Origin: Eledone cirrhosa
Lineage: Eukaryota
Reading direction: 5' to 3'
DNA length: 64,000 nucleotides
NCBI GenBank assembly: GCA_964016885.1
Contig: OZ024741.1
Span: 119,784,001-119,848,000, forward strand
In this document: in pieces, positions 20,149 through 33,514 of the stretch
Numbering within the stretch: the stretch's first letter is position 1
Layout: every line of letters starts with the position of its first letter
Translations under genes and position numbers: made by a program
Notes under the pieces: generated by a model
The model's database searches: none
Told to the model about the DNA's origin: nothing
Seen by the model: the letters and a program-made list of their open reading frames with translations, nothing else

Positions 20149-20526
20149 GTTTCTTTATTGGCCACAAGGGCTGACACGAAGAAAACCATTAGAGACGGCA
20201 CAGAACAGTACAGGACCATACAAAGTGGGTTTTGGTCGTGTAAATAGGTTATAACAAGATAGAAATCGGAATAGAAATAAAAAAAAATTCAAACAAAAAA
20301 AATCCCCCAAAAGAGGGAAACCTCCGAGGGTCACTCGTGGTGAAAACCACACAAAAGACCACGGCCACCCTGACCACCAGGGCAAGCTCCCTCTCTCACT
20401 TTTCCCACTCATCAGTCTACAGGCATATACTCAGAGCGGGCCCGTTCACTCGGACCAGACTCGCCACTTTCACCCACCTTTCAACAAACTTACTAGAAGA
20501 CAGCACTTGCCTCTCCACCCTGATTA
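20149..20526 (-). mobile_element. Short 3' fragment of another Tx1 subfamily
   Basis: ORF2 end (VERQVLSSSKFVERW), 3' UTR hairpins and CTTGTGGCCAATAAAGAAAC(ATT)3. Confidence 0.85.
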
Positions 20527-20959
20527 TTGTATCTCAAGTTTTTTCAAAATGTTTAATTCAAATATTAAAGAAATATGTCAACATGTATATCAAAGATAGG
20601 CGACAAACTGCATAGATAAAAAAAGATCAAACAAACGCAGTACAGTAATAGCTACAGTCTATTCAACAGAATACAGTAGCTACAACGCCATCACTACAGT
20701 ACCACTATCCCATCACCACCGCCACCACTCCATCATTGCTACCACCACTATTCCCTCACTACCTTCTGTTAACTTAAGAAAGGGGAAGGTAGCAGTAACA
20801 CTAGACAAGGGAGAGGCTAACAAAATATATAAATAGACTGACTCTGTGACTCGGTCAAAAGTTAACAACGACTATGGTACTGAAGTTCCCCACCAACAAT
20901 AGAAAATTCCCTCTCCTCCCTCCGGAAAAAGCCACTACAGAAAAATTGGCAAGTCAACA

Positions 20960-21830
20960 ATAACTACTAAATCAATACCACCCAAGGAGGAAGTGCAAGA
21001 ATTCTGGGAACAGATCTGGGCCGAAGAAAAAGTTCATAATATACATGCCCCATGGATAGACAGACAAATGAAAGATACAGCTCATCTTGAGGAACAAATA
21101 TGGGAAAATATAACAGTTGAACAGTTGCGTTTGGCTCTTAAAAAAACCCAGCAAATGGAAATCCCCAGGAAAAGACAAAATACCAAATTTTTTGATAAAT
21201 GCCTTCACAGAGTCTCATGAGCTGTTAGCCCAACTTTACAATGAAATGGTTAAGGAGCCAGAGAAGATACCATCGTGGCTAGTTAACGGCATTACATTCC
21301 AACTACCGAAGAATGATGAGATAAATAATTCCAAAAATTACAGACCGATAACTTGCTTGACCACAATGTATAACATTTTAACATCAGTCCTAACTGAATA
21401 TATATATGATCACCTGATAACAAATGATCTATTTCCCAATGAGCAGAAAGGGTGTAAACGAGGCTCATATGGCTGTAAGGATCAGCTTTTGGTTAACAAA
21501 ATGATACTGGAAGATTGTCATAATAGACACAAAAATCTATCGATTGCTTGGATAGATTACAAAAAAGCATTCGATAGTTTGCCACACAGTTGGATTGAAA
21601 AGTGTTTAGAGATTTTCAAAATATCTCCCGTTGTCAGGAGGTTCTTGTCATTCAGTATGAAAACATGGAAAACAGCACTCCTTTTGAATAGTGAAAAAAA
21701 AGCACTGGAAGTTGGAGAAGTTAATATTAATTGTGGAATTTTTCAGGGTGACTCTTTATCACCGCTTTTATTCTGCATCGCAGTTATACCATTAAGTAAA
21801 ATGCTCAATGAAACAAAACATGGATATAAC
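20960..21830 (+). pseudogene. RT fragment of an R4/Dong-like non-LTR element
   Basis: WKSPGKDKIPNF, NYRPITCL, EQKGCKRGSYGCKDQLLVNK, AWIDYKKAFDS, GIFQGDSLSPLLF; frameshift near 21145; truncated before the YxDD motif. Confidence 0.8.
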
Positions 21831-21831
21831 G

Positions 21832-21912
21832 TCGGCGGGATTAGAACTCAGACCATAAAAGGCCGCATCTCTTTGCTGCAAAGTATGGCGTCCGGCCCTC
21901 TACCGATATTGC
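21832..21912 (-). mobile_element. tRNA-derived SINE head fragment
   Basis: Reverse complement resembles the head of the SINE at 47668 (TTGGCAATATCGGTAGAG...GAGTTCTAATCCCGCCGA). Confidence 0.7.
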
Positions 21913-21932
21913 CAATCGAAGAACAATAATAA

Positions 21933-22530
21933 TGCTTTCAATATTAACCACAAGGGTTGACATAACGTATAACATTAAAGACAGCACAGGACGGTACAAA
22001 TGGACATTTCTGCATGTAAAAAACAAAAACAAAAACAAAAACAAAGGATGTAGCAAAAAAAGAAACAAGGAAAAATTCCCCAATAGGGGGGAAACTTCCG
22101 AGAGTCATTCGTGGAGAAAGCCCACAAAAAAGCTACAAAAAAAGCCTCTTCCAGTATTCCTCCTACGATACTACAGGTACACGCTCAGGGCAGGCCCATT
22201 CACACGGGCCATTCTTGCCTCTCTCACCCACCTTTCAACAAACTGGCTGGAAGGCAGCACTTCCCTCTCCACCCTGATTTTCCTTTTTAGGTGAGAAAGT
22301 TAATGAGGGCGTTACTGAAGAGGAAAGTGCCCGTCTTCAACCCTTTCGGACGCGTCCACCATACGACCTCTTTTACCATGGCCACCAGGCAGATAAAAAC
22401 TGCTGCCCCTCCTGGTTAAAAGAGGGCGGCGGGGCAATCTTCACGATGGACTCAGCTGATAGCCGAATCCGTCCTATACGCAACAGCAGATGTTCGACAT
22501 AAACCCACAAGTCAGCGATGTTCGGACACG
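21933..22530 (-). mobile_element. 5'-truncated Tx1 relic (further subfamily)
   Basis: ORF2 C-terminal homology to 816-1180, plus 3' UTR CCCCCTATTGGGG hairpin and a short (ATT)n tail. Confidence 0.85.
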
Positions 22531-22669
22531 CGACGAAATTCGCAATAAGCACATCACCGTAAATTTGTCTTAAACTAAGTTTGTACCATTGAAAAGTAGA
22601 GGGGCAGTGCCGTAAAATGAATTCCCCCTTCCCCCACAGGGTGACGGCTCCAATTTAGGAATCTGTGGG

Positions 22670-22830
22670 TGGAAGAGGGAAAATCAGTATCAATTAAATT
22701 GATCCCAATACTTGACTGGCAATTTATTTTATCTATCCTGGAAAAATGAAAGACATCATGACCTCGGTAGGATTTGAATAAAGAACATAAAGATCTCGAA
22801 GAAATAGCGTAAGACGTTTTATCTGACGTC
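22670..22830 (-). mobile_element. Degenerate copy of the same SINE family
   Basis: Decayed ccc(a/g)tacttgactggc...tttatc...atgaaag...acctcggtaggatttgaa core. Confidence 0.6.
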
Positions 22831-23482
22831 CTTCAATAATGATGCTCCTATAATAATACTCGGTTTCCTATTTATTCTAAGTTCTTGTCTTTGTTTATGC
22901 TGCGTTTTGTCTAATGTAAACTGAATGCAATCTCATTCGACAACTTAAGTAAAATATTTACATTTACGTTAAACATTTACGTTAATAATGCGCATGCGTT
23001 TTTTTCTTCTCTCGTTCGCAGTTTATCGTTATACAACTCCTCACTTAACGACAATCATATTTAACAACCACCCACACTTACTTATATTTTATATATACAT
23101 ATTTATATGTTATGTACTTTTGGAATTTTTTCTATGTAATTTTTTATGTTACATATTTTTATTTGTTTTCTTTTTCAGTAAAACCTTTTGTTTTATGTTT
23201 CAAATTTTTTTTTATGCTTCAAGAGTTTTGCGAAATAAAACAAATTTACAGTTACTAAGATAGTGTTTCTATATTGAATCAACTCATCATTTAACATCTG
23301 TTTTCTCTGCTTTTTAATATAAAACTGATACTTGGTAACTTTTCATGCTTCCATAGGCTATCACCTGTCACATGACACTAAAACAATATCTAAAGTTATT
23401 TTTTGACCTGGTTGGTGGAATAGAATTTGGTAGCTAAGTGATGAGTTCATTTATCGACCAGTTCGCTTTACGTGTGTATGTT

Positions 23483-23599
23483 AGAGAGAGAGGGAGAGAG
23501 GGAGAGAGGGAGAGAAAGAGAGAGCCAAAGAGAGAGGGAGAGAAAAAGAGAGAGAAAGTGAGTGTGTGTGTATGTTAGAGAGAAAGAGAGAGAGAGAGG

Positions 23600-23676
<77 letters not shown>
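23483..23676. repeat. (GA)n microsatellite
   Basis: Direct reading. Confidence 0.95.
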
Positions 23677-23682
<6 letters not shown>

Positions 23683-24139
23683 TTGACAGATAACATTTGC
23701 TATGCCATTTACTTTATGTTATATATTGGGAAGTTCAGATTCAAAACAGTAAATGTTTATATAAAAGTAAGTTTTAAACTGAAAGATATATTACACGAAC
23801 ACAATATACTGGTGGTAGTAATAATGTAATGATGATGATGGTGGTGGTGTTGGTGGTGGTGATGGATGTGGTGGAAGTATTTGTGAGGGTCGCTTTGGTG
23901 ATGGTGGTAGTAGTAGTGGAGGTATTGGTGAGGGTGGTGATAGTGGTGGTGATGATAATGGTGATGGTAGTGGTGGTGGTGGTGGCCGTGAGACTTGTGT
24001 TGATGGTTCAAAGCGCTCAATAACCTTGATAGGCCCAGTCTTACCATGACCATCATTAAATCAGTTGAAAGTTGTTGATGTTAACCTGCTGGATCCAGTC
24101 GTTTCATTTAGTCAGCTTTATGTTGGTTTTGGATGCAGT

Positions 24140-24485
24140 ATGGATGAATGATTAAGAACCAGCTTTGCCATCATAAGGTCTCAGGTTCGATCCCACTGCC
24201 TGGCATTTTGGGTGTCATTTATCAATGCCTCGGGTGGACCCATGTCTCGCGAAGGAAATTGGGTAGACGGAAACTGTTTGGAAGCCCATTGGAAGGATTG
24301 TACCTTGTTATTCAAAGGTTCAGTCTTGTTACTCACACTGTCATGCTGAATCTCCCTGAGAATTACGTTACGGATAACACGTGTCTGTGCAATGATCAGC
24401 CACTTACACGTTAATTTCATGAGCAAGCTGTTCCGTTCGTTAGAACAACTGGAACACTCAACGTCGAAATCGACGGTGATCCATC
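24140..24485 (+). mobile_element. Second tRNA-derived SINE-like repeat
   Basis: B-box-like GGTTCGATCCC near 24185, followed by a non-coding body; no tRNA 3' arm. Confidence 0.55.
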
Positions 24486-24741
24486 GTTTATGTTGGTACT
24501 TCAAGAGTTGGAAAGCTTAATGGTTTCTTTCTCACTGTACAGCAGGATTGGGCAAAACCAAGAATGAAACTTTGGATTGAATGACTTGGCCAAGAAAACA
24601 TTGTCATTCCAAGTTTATTGACAATACACAGCGATCCTATTTTATTACACAAATGTTTTATAAATGACAGCAACGAGCATTTGTTCGACATTCCAAATAT
24701 CTTGGAGTTGAGATAGCTGGCTCAGAAAATGACATCATCAC

Positions 24742-24779
<38 letters not shown>

Positions 24780-25149
24780 CCACCACCACCACCACCACCA
24801 CCACCACCACCAACAACAACAGAAGTAACAGCAACAACGACAAAAGTCAAGAACAAAAAGCAAGTATGCCATAAATTAAAAGGAAACTAAAGAATAAATA
24901 ATAAAAGTATTTAAACAAATTTAAATAGAAAACAGGAAGAGAGAAAAATTAAATAAAGAAACGGGAGGAGGAAAAGGTAGGAGAAAACACCAGGTTGGGT
25001 GGTGAACCTTAGTTACACCCAGTGGACAAAATACAAAAGTATGACTAGGGAGAACATCTAGCGACACCCGCTGCATTAGCCATTCCCCGCCACATGACCC
25101 TTTCCTCAGAGTCACATGGTAAACATATCACAAATTATTAAAGATCTGG

Positions 25150-25720
25150 AAATCGCCATTGTGAATGGAATGAAGATAAGATTCCTTTTAGCAATCGTTA
25201 AATCTGTCTTGTTATATGGTTACGAAACACAGACACTAACACAAAGGCTTGAAAATCAGTGGGGCGAAATGAACTCGCTCATGTTACAGATGGTTCTTAA
25301 TATTACTTGGAAGAGAAACATCACCAATAGAGATATTTATGATAGGTTGCTAAAATTAACTCAAAACATAGCTAAGTGAAGATTGCGATTGGCAGGTCCC
25401 TGAGTGAAACATTTAAAAAAAATGACCTCAAATCTAATGTGTTATGGCAGTCAATATAATGACGGATTAGTCGTAGAGAATTGCGATTAACAGGTCACTG
25501 TGAGAGACATTCCGAAGAAATAATCTCAAATTTAGTTTTATGGTAGCCAACACATAGATGGATTGGTTGTGGATGATTGCGATTAATAGGTCGCTGTGAG
25601 AGACATCCTGTAGTAACAGTCACAAATTTGGTTCTGTGGTAACCAACGTATGGATGGATTAATCGTGGGGAAACAATCTATCAACTTCACTGACATACTT
25701 TAAAAAGATATTGGAAATGC
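25150..25720 (+). pseudogene. RTE-clade LINE 3' relic with an internally triplicated ~98-bp segment
   Basis: SVLLYGYETQTLT...LNITWK, then three decayed copies of RLRLxGHCxRH..NLVLWxPTH. Confidence 0.7.
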
Positions 25721-26162
25721 GAGTAGTGATGGCGGAGTTATTTTGATACAATACTCGGACATCTCCGAATATCCCTGCTAATCTACTATATAAATGGCAA
25801 TTTCTGTCTGTTTGTGTATCTGTGTATCTGTGTATAATCAGTTGGCGCCTACACCAGTGACCCGATCATGATGAAACGTTACACACATGTTAAGCTAATA
25901 TTCAGAAACAGGGCTGGCTAATTGGATTTTAATAAAAATCAAAATGGAACCCCTGGGGACATATTTACAATGGAGGAGGAAAGAGAAGTTTCAGTGAGAA
26001 AGAGGGAAGAGGTTAAACCCTTCTTCCCACTACTCCCCTTCTTCTTCCCACAACTCAGTCCTCCAAAACGAGGCAAAAACTTATTTGTTTTTTTGTTCTT
26101 CATTCTGTAGAGAAAGAGAGAGAGAGGGGATGCGAGAGAGGGGATAAGAGAGAAAGAGAAGG

Positions 26163-26218
<56 letters not shown>

Positions 26219-26533
26219 AGCGAGAGAGAGAAGGGGCAATGAGAGAGAAAGCGAAAGAGAAAGTGAGCCAAAGAAAAAGAGAGAGGGGGGATTAGGGAAG
26301 AAAGAAAACGGAAAAAGAGTAGCATAGTTCGATAACTAACTTTATTTATTTTCTAAACACTTCTTAACCAACGTTACTTCTCTTTCTCCCTCTCTCTTTC
26401 ACAAAAGTCGTAATGAGACTGTGTGTGTATGTGAGCGTGTGTGTGTCGGCGTTCTTAAATTAGAGACAAGTGTGTGTATATGTGTATGTGTGTGTGTGTG
26501 TGTGTATATCTTCATCACCGTACTTAAGTTAGA

Positions 26534-26581
<48 letters not shown>

Positions 26582-26599
26582 GAAAAATTTGAACAGGGA

Positions 26600-29085
26600 C
26601 AGAACAGAGAGGCAGTACAATAAATGTTTATTAAATTCACGCTCAGGAGAGTGGGGGGGGGGGGGGTTAGGTGGGGGACGACGTTTCGGGCATAAGCCCT
26701 TCCTCAGGTGAGAAGTGTGTGGGAACAGAGTTCAAAAGGTGTGTAGGGGAGTGGTGGAGAGACATATAGCGAAAGGAAACGGTGCGAATGAAAAATTAAC
26801 AAATAAAGACAAAAAATATAATAAATAAAAATAAAGCATGATCAAAATACAAGGAATGAGAAAATTTAAAAATAAAGGCATGATCAAAATAAACTGAAAT
26901 TAAAAGGGGGGGTAAACAGGTGGTGGAAGGGTGTGGGGTGAGTAGGGGTGGTGGCGGGTGGAGTGGGGAGAGGGAGACGGGGTGTCCGAGCGGGGAGGGC
27001 TGAAGGTGGTGTGTGTGTGTAGGTGTGCGTGTGTGTATGTGAAAGTGAGGGTTGAGGGAAGAACGGGGTTGCATGTTCAGGAAGAGGTGTGTGTGGGGGT
27101 GTTTTTGTGGGTCGGAGTGTCTGTGCGTGTGTGGATAGGGGGGTGGGGGGAGAGGAATCAGGAGGCTGAGGGTGTAAATATGTGGTGGGAAGCACGTGTG
27201 TGTGGGGTTTAAGCGTGTTGTGGGTGTGGGTGGCGTGTGGAGAAACATTTTTTTTTTGGGGTGTGTGTGTGTGGGTGAGTTATATAGGTGATGACGTAAG
27301 AGGATGGTTGAAAAGTTGGTAAGTTCCACGGATGTTTGGAGATTTGGTTATAAGTCAATTTCGCGTGTGGGTAATCCATGAAGCGGTGGTCGGAAGAGGA
27401 GAGATGTGGGGTGTGCGCGCAACAGGAAGTGGTCAGCAGTGGGAGTGCTGTGGTCAGTTGGTGCTGGGAGGTGGTCAGAAGGGCATTGCAGCAGTCGGTG
27501 GAATGGTAGGGAGGCGAGGATGGGTAGGTGTGAGAGTTGGAGTGAGGAGGGTGTGTGTGTGTGTGTGTGTGTGTATTAGTAGGGGTGTTGGTGGGATGAG
27601 TGTGGAGCGGGGGTGTGGGTGGAGCGGGGAGAGAAGGGTGTGTGTGGTTCTATGGAGGGAGTGTGGTGTACTGGTGTGTGTGTAGTTTGGTGAAGAGGTA
27701 TTAGTGGGTGTTAGTATACGGGAGGTGGGGAGGGGTGGAATGCAGGTGTGAGTGGGGGTTAGTGGTGGTAGGGTGTGTAGAGTTGGTGGTGTACGAGGGT
27801 GTGTGGGTACGTGTGCGTGGGGTTGGGGGGTGTTAGTGATGTTAGTTGCGTGTGGGGTGGGTGGTGTAAGTGGGTGCGTGTGGGGTGGGTGGTGTAAGTG
27901 GGTGCGTGTGTGCGTGTGATAAGGAGGGGGAGGAGGAGAAGAGGGGAGGGAAGGGATGTTAGTATGTTAGTTGGGGAAGGGTGGTCAGATGAGGGGTAGA
28001 GTGGAGGTGTTAGTATTGTTAGTGTGGGGTGGGCGGTGAAAAGGAGGGGTGTGTTAGTGGTGTTAGTGGGGGATAAGTGTGGGGGGAGGGGGGCGGTCTA
28101 ACGCTAAAGGAATAAGGGTGGGGAGTTCAGGCCGGGGGGAGTGTGGGTCTGTAAGATGAAGATAGTTCGTTGTTCGACCGTAAGGCGATGGGCGGGTGTT
28201 CCGTGGCACTGGAGTAGGCCACAGACTGTGAGATGGTGTGCGGAGTGTCCAGGGCCACCAAAGTGGCGGGCGATGGGGGAACTGCCCCCGAGACGAATAT
28301 CCCGGAGGTGCTCCGTGACTCGGTCCGCCAGGCGACGTCCCGTCTGTCCGTAGACTAGGTTGGAGGAGGTGCAGCGGAAGGCATGCCGGACCGAGAGAGA
28401 GTGGCCGTTGGGACCCTGGAAGGTGGTGGTGTTGGTGATGTGGGGACAGGTGTTGCAGCGGGGCCTAGAACAGGGGAAGGAACCGGGGGGGGGGAACAGA
28501 GCGTGGGTTGGGGGGTAGGGAGCTGTGGACGAGGAGGGTGCGAAGATTGCGTGCGCGTTTGAAGGAGGGGAGTGGTGGGGTTGGGAAGATGTGGGAGGTG
28601 GAGGGGTCGGACTGGAGGCGTCGGAAGAGGCGGCGGATGGTGCGGTGGAGGGGTAAGGTGGAGGGGTGGTAGGTGATGGGGAAGGGGAAACGGTGGGTGG
28701 GTGTGCGGTGGCGTGGGGTGAGGGTGGTGGAGCGGGGGATAGCACGGGCGCGGGTGAGAGCGGTGTAGACGAGAGAGGGGGGGGGGGTAACCTCTGCGGA
28801 TGAAATGGCTGACTAGGGAAAGGGCCTGGGACTCGAAGTCAGCATCACGGCTACAGAGGCGGCGGATCCTGAGAAGTTGGGAGTAGGGAATGGAGAGTTT
28901 AGTGTGGGTGGGGTGGGAAGAGGTGAAGTCGAGGTAAGAGTGGGAGTCGGTGTGTTTGAAGAAGGCGGAGGTGACGAGGGAGTGGTGGGAGGGGTCGAAG
29001 GCGACGGAGATGTCTAAGAAGTGGACGTGGGTGGTGGAGATAGAGGTGGTGAAGTGGAGGGAGAGGTGGAAGGAGCAGAAGAAGG
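26600..29085 (-). mobile_element. 5'-truncated Penelope-like element: RT C-terminus, GIY-YIG, long C/A-rich 3' region
   Basis: HFLDI...KHTDSHSYL..SSHP..K.SIPYSQLLRIRRLCS..RGYP; CSRPRCNTC; SSNLVY..GQTGRRLADR.TEH..PPGLN; hammerhead core and AATAAA at the 3' end. Confidence 0.88.
26677..26707 (-). ncRNA. Minimal hammerhead-ribozyme-like motif (Penelope type)
   Basis: CUGAGGA-A-GGGC(UUAU)GCCC-GAAA-CGUCGUC: both core motifs and a perfect stem II; stem I not evident. Confidence 0.7.
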
Positions 29086-29809
29086 AGATATATATATAGA
29101 TATATTTGTGTGTGTGTATCATCGTATTTAAGTTAGAGACATATATATGTCTGTTTGCAATATATATATATCATTAACTTTAGATGGAGGAAAAAGTTGA
29201 AGAACTCTACACACACACACGCACATATATATATATAACCTAAGAACGGTGACACAAGCACACACACACACATATATGTGTGTGTGTGTAGACAGTCTTC
29301 AACTTTTCCTCTGTCTAAAGTTAAAGATATATATATATATTACAAACAAAGCCTGGGAAAATCCATGTATTTGTTTTGCAAGGATTTTCATATGAAGTCA
29401 TGTGTTGATGAAACACATAATGTTATATTTGGGGAAGGTCATGTTGTCCAAAATAATAATAAAATACACCCACTGCTTGGTTTGGTTTTCACTTCAGTTC
29501 AGTTCAAATAAATAATTTAGGTGGCACCCAAAAAAAAAAAAAAAAAAAAGTTATAGAAACACAATGGAAGGAAATCACTGAAGATGTCACAGAAAAAATG
29601 TGTGTTTCGAAGGAACTTTGAGAAATTATATCTATATTTATAGGTTTAACGGTTGGTCAATCAATGAAAATCATTGATTTCCAGCTAAATTATTATTTTG
29701 GCAATATTAGGACAACATGACCCTACCCAAATATAACAATACCTGGAAAAATCATATTGTCGGATGAATTTGTGCATTATTTTTCCGAATGTTATTTGAC
29801 TTAGAGCTG

Positions 29810-30466
29810 ACCCTAGACAATCGGTGGGTAGTCCGACAAAGCAAAATGTTGTGTCAACTTCTAAGAGCTCATATCAATGTTGAGTATTGCAGTACTGTCA
29901 AAGCAATACTATATATCACAAAATATATCAACAAGGGCAGTGACATGGCTACCTTTGTTACTGACAATGGTGGTGGGCTGGTTGAAATCAAACAGTATCA
30001 GACAGGTAGATACATCTCCAGCAATGAATCTATCTGGCGGATCTTTGGATTTGATATCCATCAACATCATCCAACAGTGGTCAACCTCGCAGTCCATCTA
30101 GAAAATAGACAGAGAGTGTATTTCACTGAGACCACTGCTCATCACAAGCACCACCCGCTAGAAATTGCAACCATGTCAGGAACATTTGCTGGTGACAATT
30201 GTTTCATTACCAGAATACCTCTGAAGACAACTGATTTGCTATTTGAATTTCAAAGACTTTAATTTCCTATCAAACTCAGTTTTGCCATGGCCATCAATAA
30301 ATCTCAAGGGCAATCATTGAAAGTCGTTGGGTTGAACCTGGCAGATCCTGTCTTTTCACACGGTCAACTCTATGTTGGTACAAGGGTTGGAAACCCTGAT
30401 TGTCTCATCATTGTAGCACTACACGGCAAAACCAAGAATGCTGTTTATCCAGAAGCTTTGGAATGA
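29810..30466 (+). pseudogene. Helitron Rep (HUH tyrosine region) joined by deletion to the PIF1-like helicase C-terminus
   Basis: DNRWVV..AHINVEYC..KYINKGSD..GRYISSNE.WRIFGF..LAVHLEN.QRVYF, then RL*FPIKLSFAMAINKSQGQSL..FSHGQLYV..TKNAVYPE. Confidence 0.9.
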
Positions 30467-30966
30467 GCAATATCGTAATTCCTCTTTCAATGACAATAGA
30501 TACTAATTCCTTAGTTATATAGTTTGTAAGGAATTCTGAACTTGCAACTTTACTGCATAGTGTTACTTTGGAAGAACATACAGACATTCCTGGATACCTC
30601 TGCTATGTACAATAGTATAAGTGAGATCTTTTTATGGTAGCAAACTCGACATGTTAGAAATAGCGGCCAAATTTCTTTCAAATCCCAGTCTACTGTCTCA
30701 TGTATGTATATATATATATGAAGCAAAAAGGAAAGGTTGTATGTGACACCTCGATCTACTAGAGATATTAGCAAAATTCATTTCAAATCACAGCAAACAG
30801 TCTTACACACACACACGCACACACATGTATGTGTGTGTATGTATGTCATGGAAGCCACTATAACTGTTGGTGTACCTAAAAGAAATAGAAAACAAATCTC
30901 CCTCAAACAAGATCCTACTGCCATAGAGATAAAAGTTAGTGAAAGCTACAGTGTAAAAAATTTAAT

Positions 30967-31200
30967 TAACCCAGGCTCTGCCGCACTTTGGGCCAAGGAG
31001 GGTAAACTCTCCAAATATTGGTTGCTCCCCGACAGGTTTGTTGTTGAGCCCATGGCAATTGAGACTTCTGGTGCCCTTGGCTCTAGGGCTACCTCCCAAC
31101 TCACCACCATCGGCAGAGAGTTGGCTACCCGCAGGGGTGAGCCTCGCAAGAAGGAATGGATTTTCCAGCGCGTCCCCCTCACTATCCTCTATTCCGACTG
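30967..31200 (+). pseudogene. CRE-like restriction-like endonuclease C-terminal fragment
   Basis: GSAA..EGKLSKY..L...EPMAIETSGALG...IGRELA..GEPR..WIFQR. Confidence 0.65.
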
Positions 31201-33437
31201 CCGGGGCTGCTGGGTGGCCAGCGCGTGGGCCCCCATTTACTCATAATAGTGAGTGATGGAGAGATTAGGAGAGATGGAGGCAGTGACTGTGGGAGTTTGG
31301 TTCCTGGTGTAATAGGGAGCAGTATTAAAAAAATCACCATTGGACAAAACTAATATTTTTATCTACATGTTTTGCTTTAAACAAACGGCAATAAATATTC
31401 TGCTATAATTCCTACTTTAGTTAAAATTGAGCAATGGTCAAATATTCAATGGTCCAATATTGTAACTTTAATAAAATATCCGGGAATCACCGGGTAGCTC
31501 AGCTAGTAAGGTATAAAATGAAGAGCCTACAGTGATATATGAACTCTGCCAGGTAGTTCAGTGGTTGATTCAGTCGATTATTTCCTCTCTTTCCCGTTTC
31601 CTCCTCTTTTCCCATCATTCTCTTTCTGAAGCAAGTTTAATCTAAACACAAAGAAAACAAGTATTCTAATGAAGGTGTATGCAAGATTGTAAAATAATGA
31701 GTAGTTAACAGAAAAATAACAGTAAATATAAATAAAAACTATTTAAATTTTCTATTCAACGTAAAGGTTATGCTAAATAAATGCTATGTTAAATACGATT
31801 GACATGTTTCAATCAGAACTTCAGTTCACTTAATAACTGACAAAATTGAGCAAACAAAAAAACCCATTACTTGGTAACTCAGCCTGCTAGAAATAGCAGT
31901 CAAATCTCCTCTAGATCCCATTCTATCTTAGGTACATTATATGTGAGTAAGCGAAGACATGATAGTGAAGAATCGAATGCCTTTGATCACAGGTCTGCTT
32001 GTCCAAGGAATAAACAACAGCAATAGCAACGGCAACAACAACGACAACAATGACAAGAACATGAACAACAACAATAACGGAACCACGTTTCTACAGGTTC
32101 TTAGCCCTAAATAATAATCGATCCTTTTATGGTACATTGTTCATTTATTGAATATCATGGCTCATGTGTATCATGAGAATATTTTAGGTGGGGGTGCAAA
32201 TCTTTCGATGCAGATCTTTCTGTCATAATCATTTTAATAAGTGACTACATCCCGTATAGGTTGTGTTGAAATGGCGATGAATCAGCAATCACCAAACAAC
32301 TACAGACATGCAAACATTCGAAATTTTGTTCCGCCATCATAACCCTTGAGTATAACAATTTTGACAAAGTCGCACGTCCGATTGATTATCAAACGTTATA
32401 GAAATTACGAGCTAACAAAAACAAATAACTAACCAGATGAGTGATTAGGATAGAAAAAATGAAAATAATGAAATAATACATTAAAAAGATAAATAAATAA
32501 ACGCATTATAGTGTCTAATTCACAGAAATTTGGTTGGATAGAGAAATTTAGGGTTTAATAAAATATATCTGAAAGTACACATGGTAAGTTTGGTAATTAA
32601 TATTGCTATTAATATGATTGTGTAAACAACTAATCATCTTTTGTGGACAGAGGGCATATCATTAATGGGATTGACTGAAAAACAAACATATAAAATAAAC
32701 CAAAGAGTGTAAACGATGACCAAATGTGACACATGTCTTCAATGAACTCTAATGACGTAACTAGCCCCCATTAGCTGAATTCTTGTATTCTATTTTTTTT
32801 ATTTCCTGTGTTGCTGTAAATAAATATCACACAGAAACTAAGAATTACGATCACAGCTGCCAGAAAGAACGAGCTGGACTGGAATACATACACAGTATAA
32901 ACCAACAGCATACCAGACAAACTTCCAGAATAACTTCCTTCTCCCACATTCTGGTCATAAAGATTTTAAACACTCTACTATCTCGTAAGTTGAAATATTA
33001 TTTACTAAATATTAATTCTCGTTTATATTCTTTATTCCTACCAATTTATTTTGACGGTGTTGTTTAGATACGAAATTCTAAATTCTAAAATATATGATGT
33101 GTATAGTTCTGTATTGTGTAGAAGTGAAATGACAGATTGAATAAAACTATCAGAATTGTTAGGTATGAATTGTGAATCTAACTCTTCTCTAGAAGTGTGA
33201 GTGTGTTTACAATTAGATAGCTGTCATCTATATTGTCTTGTCTATCTATGTCTGAAATACTTATAAGAGTTTTCTAAGGAATGGTTAATAATGAAGGATA
33301 ACACTGAAAAAAATTGCTATTGTGTAGTACGTCAGATAACGCGTGCCCCACCCCTCACATAATTGACTTTCATCGAGTCCTCTCTTGTTTTTTGAACTTT
33401 GAATTATACGCCCCCCCCACACGCCTCCCCCACACGT

Positions 33438-33511
<74 letters not shown>
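33438..33511. repeat. (CA)n microsatellite
   Basis: Direct reading. Confidence 0.95.

Positions 33512-33514
<3 letters not shown>

Larger units (their letters stand above)
25782..31506 (+). mobile_element. Defective Helitron with nested insertions
   Basis: 5' A|TCTACTATATAAA; 3' GC-rich hairpin-like CCGGGAATCACCGGG then CTAG|T; internal Rep/helicase remnants. Confidence 0.75.

Noticed and set aside
20398-20416. CUGAUGA...GAAA on the minus strand after an ORF2 stop
   Set aside because: No room for stem II and not conserved in sister copies.
26796-28100. Pro/His/Thr-rich or Gly/Val-rich ORFs
   Set aside because: Low-complexity Penelope 3' region with no domain signal.
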